A stretch of 63,984 nucleotides of DNA, filler included, from Streblomastix strix (lineage: Eukaryota), in assembly GCA_008636045.1 (NCBI GenBank). It is 3 parts of 3 records of this genome, joined end to end, with 100 filler letters (N's around TTAATTAATTAA, not from the genome) between each part and the next. Parts side by side here need not be neighbours in the genome. Positions count along the whole stretch, not along the records: positions 42,748 to 63,984 come from SNRW01000386.1; 2 more parts are not named here. One strand, 5' to 3'. A program made the translations under genes and the position numbers. The notes below the pieces were generated by a model that searched no databases, had not been told where the DNA came from, and saw only the letters and a program-made list of their open reading frames with translations. Position 1 is the stretch's first letter, and each line of letters starts with the position of its first letter. Positions 54,301 through 63,984 of this stretch are shown piece by piece.

Positions 54301-55361
54301 CTACCATTTATGTATAAGAGATAGATCCTGTTATATGAGAAGTGATAATATAAAAATAGAAATAATTAAATAGAAATGGTTATTCAAAAAATAACAATTA
54401 ATCAATACCGGTTTATTTAAGATTTTATTTTTAGAATGTAGTCTAAAGTTGGTCATATTTGAATTAATGCATTTCAACTTAAAATGAACTCTTCAAAAGC
54501 TCCGTAAACCACGCTCACATTCATATTTTCCAGTAAACTCAATAAAATATATGTCTGTAATCCTGTAAGTACAAGATCAGCCAAGAATAATCCGTTCGGT
54601 GTTACTAGAACTGCAAGTTCTCCTCTAATTAAATAAATAAAGAAATAAATTGGAGCTAAAATAATAAAAATAAAAATAGTCAAACGTTTTTTCTGTATCA
54701 AATGATTAGAATGTCAATATAAGAACATTATTATCAGCTTGTTCATTGAATGCAGTTGGGAAAACATAGAATTTCATTCAAAAATAAATAGTAAAATCTC
54801 TTGTTTCAAAAAAAATTATAGTCATAATATCTAAATAAAATAAATATTTTATGATAAGTATGCAGTATTAATATAATAACACAAATTTAAATAATAATTA
54901 TATAATAAATGATTCAAAAATGCTTAATAAAACGAAATATTAACAAATTAAATTCTCATTATAATCTGGTGATCATAAAATAGACATTAATAGTAAAATT
55001 AAGTTTAAAATTAATGATTATAACTTGAAACATATTAATGAGTATGATATTAAATTAATTAGACATATGATGAAGTTTTGGACTCTGTAAATTTCTTAAG
55101 TTTGATGAGTTATTTTTAAATTTGATGAGTTATTTTTAAATTTGCTAAGTATTTTAAAATAATGTATAAATTAAATGAAATATCGTTACTTTAATATATT
55201 AATATTGATTTAAATAATTAACTAATAAAAATGTTGAATTGTAAATGAGAAAAATGAAATTCTTTAAAAATATTGAAAAATAGATTAGAAGTAATTAAAA
55301 TTATAAAATTTATATAAATATTATATTATTAGAATATTTATTGTTAGTAGTAAATAAATTT
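51371..55361. repeat. Nested, diverged ~1-kb inverted duplication around the palindrome axis
   Basis: 51371-52373 (forward) and 53137-54121 (forward) are diverged copies (e.g. VTPNG vs VTSNG; a ~20-bp duplication at ~51590-51630 is in only one). Their reverse copies lie at 52609-53142 and 54359-55361. Confidence 0.85.
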
Positions 55362-55796
55362 ATAGAAAATAGCAGCAGAACTCTCTAGTTATAGACTAAA
55401 TTCCAAAAAAATATAAAAAAAACTGATCTTTTCCAAATGACTACAAATTGACTTGATAATTTTTTATTGTGATGTATAATTTATTCTTATTTAAAAAATA
55501 TATTTAAATTTTAGTTTCATTATGCAGGTAATTTTTTTCCACAATAGAAATATTCAATTCTTTCATTGAAATATTCATTTCCACAATAGAAATATTCATT
55601 TCCATAATTGAAATATTCCTTTCCATCATTGATATATTCCTTTCCATCATTGATATATTTCTTTCCATCATTGATATATTTTATTCCACAGTAGAATTAT
55701 TTAGGGTGTATCTAACACTAATGGATTTATTTTAGTCGTACATATGTGGCTCAACACTAGTTATATAATTATCTGTAGTTGGGCAATATAATTTAA

Positions 55797-56417
55797 TCAA
55801 CCCGATCGCGCGAAAGGCTACCTATAATTATTAGTTATAGATCCAGTAATAGTATAAGAATGAATCTAGTCGTAAATTAATATAATTAATAGCGGAAGAA
55901 CAAATGTCTTCACCTATATTTTAGCTTAGTGTATACTAATTTAATTATTTTTATGTATGTTCGTTTATGGCTGAATTAAAGCTGATTGGTCCCCATTAGT
56001 TGTATCTGCTTATCTAAAATATTATTCGGTGTTATCAGCAAACTCGTTAAATTAATTATTCCTTAGAGCAATAACAATGGGATTAAATTTATACCCCTAG
56101 CGCCCTTCTTAACTAACGTAATTATTATTAATATGTGTGTTCATCTTAATTCTGATTGGAGGAAGTTAATCAATTGCAGTTAATTTAAATTAATTATTCG
56201 GTAGCTATTCTTATACCATAACTTACTTATCTTCACTAGATCTAATATTAGGAGTTATTTCTATGTAATCATTGTTTAGGTAATATGTTAGATTAATTGG
56301 AACATTACACATACTATTAACTTAAAATTAATTATACCCTTATGGGATAGTAGTTTGCCATTAAACAAATTCCTATTCTGTTGATGAAGAGAGTACTTTC
56401 ATACTTTACGCTGTCAT
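55797..56417 (-). CDS. Mirror copy of hypothetical / possible minor capsid
   Basis: Reverse complement of 50315-50935. Confidence 0.45.
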
Positions 56418-56450
56418 TTTATTTACAAAAATAATTTTTATCAAATAAGA

Positions 56451-57020
56451 TCAATTTTCCACTTTAAACAACTGCTTAACTCTAATGTAATGAAGCTAGT
56501 GCCCTTTACCTTTCTTATCAGCAGCATAAACAAATAGGGCTCCATTTAATTTTTCATTAACATGTAATTATTTATATTAGAAACCGTTATATTTATAAAA
56601 TTTATCTGTACTAGGTGCAAAATCCAAATCTTCAAATTTATGTTTCCCATATTCAGTAATTGTTATTTTATCCTCAAGTAGTGTATCAATAAATATTTAT
56701 TCTTTTTTTGTTCTAATGGGCTTGGTTCTATTTAAACAGTTCTCACTCGCTGATAGCCAGCGAAGATTAGTAAGCTAATTATCCGAACGATTATGGTTGG
56801 AATGATCGACTTATTTATTTCTATCATCAGTTGGAATAAATTAAATAGCAACTAGTCTGTGGATACCGTAAGTAGTACCATTCAAACCAATTTATTAATA
56901 ACCGCTTTTTTCAGTCGAGATCTTTGATATAAATTTATCTGATATTCTTCTAATTATCCACGGATACTCGGTAGTAATCTCGTAAGTGGGTTCAACAATA
57001 AGAGTAGTAAACTGTTACAT
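56451..57020 (-). CDS. HNH endonuclease (mirror copy)
   Basis: Reverse complement of 49712-50281. Confidence 0.9.
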
Positions 57021-57161
57021 TTATTAACCAGATAAAAAAATAAAAATAAAAATAAAAAAGGTAGTTTACACCAACAAAATAATTTTCAAAATTATTTAAT
57101 TAATTCAGTGTGCTAATTACTACGCTAATTCAATGCTGGCTGAATTCAAGCTGACCCCCTA

Positions 57162-57723
57162 TCAATAGATATCGTATTAGCTATATTATTATTGCGGCTA
57201 TTAACGGTATTATTATTGCTGGAGTTATTCTTATTTTTCTTCACTTATTTCTTATTCTATTTATTTTGGTTTCTATTTAATTTATTTCAACGCTTTCAAT
57301 TTATTTTTATACTTCTCATTCTATTTGATCGCTTCATCATGTTATTATTTTATAAATTTATTCTCAATTCGAAGTGAGATCAACTCTTCTAAATCAAGTT
57401 GGGGATTAATATATTTAATTTAAGGTTATTTTTACACTTTCTTTTTTGCGGTTTATGGTTTAATTTATTCTTATTCTTATTCTTCTTCAATATCGTCGTC
57501 GCTTGATTCTGAATCAAACAATTTTTATTTTTATTTACTGGGGGGTTCCTCTAGCTTGCATCATTAATTTGTTCTATTAAGCCTAAGTAATTATTTTCAG
57601 CCCTTTCTTTCCATCCTCGAAGCACTTAATTTGTTTCTTATCACGAATAAAATAGTCACCATCAAAATATTCAGTATTTGTTCCATTCTCCATCATAAAT
57701 TTATATGCTTGTGATTTATCCAT
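57162..57723 (-). pseudogene. Q/E/K-rich hypothetical (mirror copy)
   Basis: Reverse complement of 49009-49570. Confidence 0.6.
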
Positions 57724-57807
57724 TTAGTAATCAGAAATCTTTTTCTAATTTAATTGATACGTGGAGTTGAAAGGAATTAATTACATCTCTCTAAAAGTAA
57801 GAAGTAA

Positions 57808-58473
57808 ATGAAAGAATTAACTGACCCAAATAATTAATAAAGATTACAGTATATAGATAGCTTGATTTCAAAAGCAATTGAAAGTGAATAAAATTAGCCA
57901 GAACATTAATCAGAACGTTAATCATAACTTTAATTCAATAAAAATAAGTACACTGATGCCGATAGAACAACTGCTTAAGTTACCCCCATTGAATTAATTG
58001 ATAAATTAGCCCAGCCAATAATTTAGTAATCAATTTAGCCGATAGTCTAGCCATCAATTCAAAATGTAATCGTGGATAATCATTTGAACGCCTATCTATC
58101 CAATCTTAATTTAGAGGTAATGAAGTTTGTAGTCGATTGTATATGGCGAACAGTTACATATAGAAATAAAGGTGATGAGTTCATTCTATCCTCAGATAAT
58201 TTTATTAAATTTTGGTCTATAGTAACATAAGAGAATGAAGATGATATAGAAATAGTATTAGAGGAAAGTATTATTGCAACTTACTCATGTCTAAGTAAAT
58301 AATATAAAAAGAAAGAAATAGTTAGAGTAATTGATGTATTGATAAAAAATGTGTCAATTAATACGTAGGATAATGTACTCTGGAATAGCGTAGAAAAATT
58401 ATATAGAATAAATAAAGATCTAGTTAGATTAAGTGAAGTACCTGCAATTGATATTGACCCAACTGAATTTTGA
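57808..58473 (+). CDS. Hypothetical viral protein, 221 aa (mirror copy)
   Basis: ATG 57808 to TGA 58471-58473, 222 codons. Confidence 0.75.
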
Positions 58474-58507
58474 TATTAGTTATTAGTTATTTTTGCAATT
58501 AAATTAA

Positions 58508-59536
58508 ATGGATGATCTTGAACTTCCTACCTAAGAATAATTATAAGCTATGAAAGATGAACTAGATAAAATAAATGAGATCGATAACGAATAATAATAA
58601 TTCGAATTATTACGCGGAAAATTAATTCCCTTCATTGAATAATAATTAATTCAGTACTTTACTTACTTTAGCTAATTCATGAAAAAAAAGGATGTTGATT
58701 AATCAAAATTAATGACCTTAAATACTAATCAAACAGTAACAGGATATAAATAATTCACTTAAGCTATCTAAGCGGATAAATTTATCAAAACAAGTGGCAC
58801 TGATAACTAATTATTATTAGCAAATGGATCAACATCAGACATAGGTGATTTCTTACCTAAATATTATTTTCATGCGATGGGTTAATTGATTATTGAACCG
58901 AATAATGATATCCGTAATTAGGGTATTAGGATAATGAAAAATAAAGCGAATTGGGATAGCTTTGTCCTCACCGGCTGCAACGCTGATCCAACAGATAGAG
59001 ATGGAGTATGGAAAATGGGGTCAATTTCATTATAATTCAGGATATAAAAATAAGAAGATGAAGCATATGATTATAAGGGATTAATTATTGATTTCGATTG
59101 TACATCACTTAAATTTAACAATTAGATTGTATCTCCTTTACCAATTGAATATGCTACTTAATAAGTACTAGGTATTGGTGTATTTGATTTCTTCACATGG
59201 GGATAAGCAACCTTATTAAATAAACGTGTGTATATCTCAATAGCAATTACTCACGCTAATCCTAATACTAATACTAATTCTAGTTACACTTTATTTTCCT
59301 TTATGTATGATTCTGCTAAACCTAAGTTCAGTGGATCGTCTCGTAATATACCCCTTAATGCTGTTATGTATGTTACCAAGTAAGCTACTACACCAGTTGT
59401 ATGGCTTAATCCAATTCCCATTGATTGCTTCATTGATCCTGATGGACATGTTAAAATTAATATATAATGTTAGTATAGTTTGCCTAATGATTTCTTTGTA
59501 TAAGTATGTGATTCTTATGCCCTATATAATTAATGA
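58508..59536 (+). CDS. Fibre/adhesin protein 2
   Basis: MDDLELPTQEQLQAMK (coil)...LNTNQTVTGYKQFT (phage-fibre QTxxGxKxF motif)...ADKFIKTSGTDNQLLLANG (shared with fibre 1)...beta-rich C-terminus, TGA. Confidence 0.8.
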
Positions 59537-59730
59537 TGTGATGATGGCTAATTTATTAAGTTAATTTATACGTTAATTTTAGCTCTAAATTTCAATCAGA
59601 TATAAGGTAGATTGCACCTCTGTTAATTTTTTCAAAATTATTTTTAGTTTGACCGAACATTAATTTATACACTAATTTATACATTAATTTATTACGCTAA
59701 TTTTAGCTAGTTTATACGTTAATATTTTAT

Positions 59731-60745
59731 TCAATTTTATCTTTTTAATATATCGAATGTATTTAAACTTTTGTTTATTATGATAAATTCGTATTTCTAA
59801 TGGCTGCTATAAATAATGATAAATTCCTGCTCATTTAATTCCTAAACATTATTCTCCTCATATGTTTATTTCAAATCTTATTCTGATATATTAGCCCCAA
59901 CGGCAATCACATGGCACAACACTCTCGCTGATTTAAACAAATAACTCTGTCGTTAGGCGCAGAAGAATATGGTATTTTTACTGTGCCTGCTATCACTAAC
60001 CAAATGAGTGATTGATCTAGCCAGCTCACTAGTGTACCGTTAAATATCAGTATTTGACCCAATGTCATCAAAAATCATTAATGTGGAAAGTAATTATGAA
60101 CTACTCAATATAGGCATTTTTTAGAATTCTTATTCACCATCTTATTCTATTACCTTTAATTTTTTAGAATATTTAACCCCTTTAATTATAGGTGGAACAT
60201 TGAAGCGCATAATTGTTGTAGGCTAACTAAATTCGTTAATTATTTTTATACATTCCTTTTGGAAAATATCCCGTAATCTATGTTAATATTATTTATCTGT
60301 CTCATCTCTTTATTGTTTATTATTATCTACTATCGATTCTTTCATTCCTGTTATGTAATCTGAATCATATCTAATATCTTGTTCTTTTAACTTCCAATAT
60401 GTATATATTTCTTTAACTTTATATTTAATTTCGTCGAATTAAGATAGAAAAGATTTTGCTTCTGAATAAGTTATATTAATTAATTTTATACCTTTGTTAT
60501 TTAAATTAATGGCCATTGTTTCATCTGGGCCAAAGTTAGAGAAGTATAATATGTAGGGATTAATGAATCGTTAATATAGTACAATTAATTTAGCCATCAA
60601 AGTTGTTTTACCACTTCCAACAGATCCAACAATATAATGATTGGCGATAATGAGAAAGATTGAATGTGGGGCAAGTGGCCTAATTTTATATTCATCTAAT
60701 AGTGATTGATCGTTGAACGATACTTAATTTATTTATTAGGTACAT
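59731..60745 (-). CDS. A32-like packaging ATPase (mirror copy)
   Basis: Reverse complement of 45987-47001. Confidence 0.85.
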
Positions 60746-60761
60746 ATTTAAGTAAATATAA

Positions 60762-61109
60762 ATGAATGTGATTAGTATAATATAACTAGTTTTAAATTAC
60801 TTATTTTATGGGATTAATTTTATAGTATCAATTATATCAGTTAGTGTAACAATCTAATATATTTCACTGATCAAACAATTATGGGGGTATCTAGATATAA
60901 TATTAGTTCCTGTTAATATAATTGTATATATAATTTAATTTTGCTAACGTAGAAAGAAGATGAAATAAATTAACGAATCAACACTCAAATAATTTAGTAC
61001 TGAATAATTGGAATAATTAATTAAGAAGGCAATCAAAAATAATGATATTAAACTAGCTAAAGAATATAGATATTAATTATATTTAAAGTTATTGAATGAA
61101 ACAGTGTGA
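60762..61109 (+). CDS. Small two-TM protein (mirror copy)
   Basis: ATG 60762 to TGA 61107-61109, 116 codons. Confidence 0.65.
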
Positions 61110-61320
61110 AGTTGGAACTTAAACTATTTTTTAAATTTATTTCGTTGGTGTAATCTACCTTTTATCTGGTGGGGATTAAATCAATAATTATTGTAAAGTT
61201 CTACAAACGTAATTCCTTTGGTAGATTTGTATAGCCTAAATTAGGCAGGACCCTAACTTTAGCCTAATAATTGATGCCAGCTCAAATTTGAGCCAGCCCT
61301 TTATTTTTGTCAGTGCTTAA

Positions 61321-63214
61321 ATGTAATAAATATAAGTGCTCACCAATTAATAGAGATCAGTTATTAGTTAATTAATTTCAACATAGATACAGTATTATTT
61401 GTAGTATGTGAAAAATAAAAGTAGTAACTCAGGAGTAATATAAGATGAAAACTACCAATTATTCATAGATAACTAATCCGCGTTAGTTTATGCTGATAAA
61501 TAATATATATCTGATGGGTAAGCTAGTAACTTTGCTTTAAAAATTAGTACAGATGGAAAATTAATAGTTAAGGATTTATAGGTGTTAAATTTGGATTTTA
61601 TATAATAAATAGTTTAAATATAATAATAGATAAATTAACTTCAATAAGAATATGGTTAATAATCAGGGGATATTAGTGATATAAATTAATCAATTACATT
61701 AATTTAACAGGAGTTAGCTCGACAAACTCATTTTAGGGGTTATTACTTACTTAATGCTGATATAATTAATCTAGCCTCTAGTGCTACAGGTGATTTTGCT
61801 TTCTCCGCAGAAAGTGGTACGGTCTGGATGTATGAATCAAGCTGGTATGATAGTGGACAATTAGTACCGGACTAAGTTACCCCTGCTAGTGATGAACTAC
61901 CTATAGTTGATGGTGAGGCTAGTGCTGGAATTAGTACTTCATACAGTCGAGGAGATCACGTTCATCCCCAACAATTAACTTACGATAATGATATAACTGC
62001 TACTAAATTTATTAAGACAGGTGGAACAAATCAATAAATACTATTAGCGAATGGTGATACAACAACTTTAGATAGCAAAATATCTAGAACCTACAACAGT
62101 AGTGGAGGTGGATGGATTAGATTATGTGTATTTCCTGCTGGTGCTAGTGTTGGTAATCCATTCATTGAATTTAAAGTGTATTCATAGTATAATGCTGTTC
62201 AAACCATTAGATTAGTACTTTATTATACTTATTAACGGAATCAATACTGTATATGGAGTATTTACAGCTTCAACTAGAATTAGTGCTAGTTATACTATAG
62301 ATAGTGGTGTAAATTAACTATTTCATACACATACTGGGTCAGGTACATCAGCAATTTATTCGGCATATGTTAGAATAGAATCAACTAATTCCATTACGAT
62401 AGTTGTATCTGATTAAAGTAAATATTATACAAATAGAATAACAGAGATATTATCATAGGATATAGTTACAACAGTATCAAGTGCAACATAAATACCTATA
62501 AATTATAGTTTTGCCTCTGGTGGGATAATGTAAGATTTTTTATAAGTGAACCCATCAAGTAGTCGATCGAAAGCTAACTATAATAATGGGATAAGAATAG
62601 GTAATTATACGAGTGAATCATCGATATAATTAGCATGTAGCAATTCAACAATTAGTGGAACACAAACAGGTTAATGGGAAATAAGTAAAACAAGTGATAA
62701 TACCCTCACTATAAATCCATCGTCTTTACGATAAGCTGATCATAGTGTTGGATTAAGTATTAATAATGATAGTACAAAAATAACATTCAATGGTAATGAG
62801 TAAGTTAATATTGGAACGGATTAATCAATCAATGGAAGAAAGACATTAGGAGGTACTACTTTAGGTAGTATTTAATTAAATCCAACTGATGTACCATACG
62901 GTGAAATTGATGGATAATGGACAATAATAAAAAGAAATGCTGGTGAATTATATATATGCAGAACAGCTGACTAAAATACTGATAATAAAGGATTAATGAT
63001 ATCCGCTGATGGAAATACATTAACTTTCAACGGTTCAGTAATTGCTGGTACAGGTGCGACTAGCGGTGTAAGTAATGGTTCAGTTAATTATTCTGCTGGT
63101 AATCCAATCTTATGGGGTGTAAATAGCGTAGACACTAATGGAGGATTCTATAGCGATGGACCTAAAGTATATTGGCGAGCTAAACCAGTAACATTAGGTG
63201 CGGTTCCTCCATGA
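61321..63214 (+). pseudogene. Fibre/adhesin protein 1 (~630 aa; extra base at ~62230)
   Basis: Q-rich coil, HFRGYY, SAGISTSYSRGDHVHP (phage-fibre DHVHP motif), KFIKTGGTNQQILLANG, DQSINGRKT, GLMISADGNTLTFNG. Length is 3n+1. Confidence 0.8.
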
Positions 63215-63984
63215 ACAATTTATTTTTATACAAATGGATTAATTATTATAAGTAGCTATCAAACTTGGATAAAAGATTAACGCGAAAAATACCGAGATAT
63301 ACTATATTTATTAAGCTCTAATTGAACCAATTAAATGTGAAGAAAGTGAAAAAATAATTATTTAAGCAAACATGGATGATGAAGGGGAATATATTGGAGA
63401 TATGTGTTAGGAGATGTGTAAATATATTAATTACCTATCGATAATAGCTTCATATGAGTGAATCAGATTTAATTTAACGAGTAATAATTACTGAATTATT
63501 TATTTCCTACATCAAATACAAAATTATTGTATATTTATTTTTCCTCATCATTTGCCTCAGTTAATATATATCGTTTAAGTTTTTCAGCTTGAGTACTACT
63601 TAATTATTTATACTAATTATATTAATCAATACATTTATGATTATTTTATGCGTAAATTTTATTAAGGTATTACTATTGCTCTGCTTACTTATTAAAAAAT
63701 TATAATTTTTATTATTGGTGGTCAAATTACTATTTTATTTTTTTCAACTCTTAGGATAATAGTGGTTAGTCTAATTAGGGCTACATTAAGTCCTTTAATT
63801 ATTAAATTATTTCAGATATTAGATCCTCCTATAAATTATTTTTGGTTAATTGTTTGTTTAATTATTTCAATTATATTATTAATGATTCCATTTAATTAGC
63901 GAAAAAATCAACGATTAATTAAATTTTTCGATTAGTGTACATAATCAATTGGTTTAGGTTAGATATGTGTAGGCTTAATAATAA

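Larger units (their letters stand above)
42748..63984. repeat. Whole-contig palindrome: arms 42748-53142 and 53590-63984, 447-bp loop
   Basis: All mirrored ORF coordinates sum to 106732, the ORF-track proteins are identical between arms, and the contig ends are reverse complements. Confidence 0.97.

Noticed and set aside
52031..54701. Four-copy MIQKKRLT/MFSQLHS ORFs as a real membrane-protein family
   Set aside because: They are products of the nested inverted repeat. One copy has an internal TGA and no motif is recognisable.
62220..62240. Programmed frameshift in fibre 1
   Set aside because: There is no clear slippery sequence. Similar single-base indels in neighbouring genes point to decay or consensus error.
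42748..63984. Bacteriophage or bacterial contaminant
   Set aside because: The genes are open only with both TAA and TAG as Gln, have AAATG starts without Shine-Dalgarno motifs, and encode an A32-type ATPase rather than a terminase.

Overview
The window is three unrelated contigs of about 21 kb each (1-21280, 21381-42647, 42748-63984), joined by artificial N/TTAATTAATTAA spacers. The DNA is AT-rich and eukaryotic, with GT-AG introns. It reads with TAA/TAG = Gln and TGA as the only stop (table 6), so the supplied ORF track misses most real genes. The style fits an oxymonad such as Streblomastix, which is an inference. Contigs 1-2 hold several decayed DIRS-type tyrosine-recombinase retrotransposons (gag, RT, RNase H, methyltransferase-like domain, YR) and a pogo-like DDE transposon nested in one of them. 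They also hold a family of intron-containing ARM-like host genes and a split, bacterial-type PEP/pyruvate-binding (PPDK_N family) gene recoded into the host code. Contig 3 is one 21-kb palindrome. Each arm carries a compact endogenous DNA-virus gene cluster of Polinton-like type: an A32-like packaging ATPase, two phage-style fibre proteins, an HNH endonuclease, a small two-TM protein, a possible minor capsid protein and a repeated intergenic motif. The palindrome itself is most likely an amplification fold-back. All translations were done by eye and no database searches were run.
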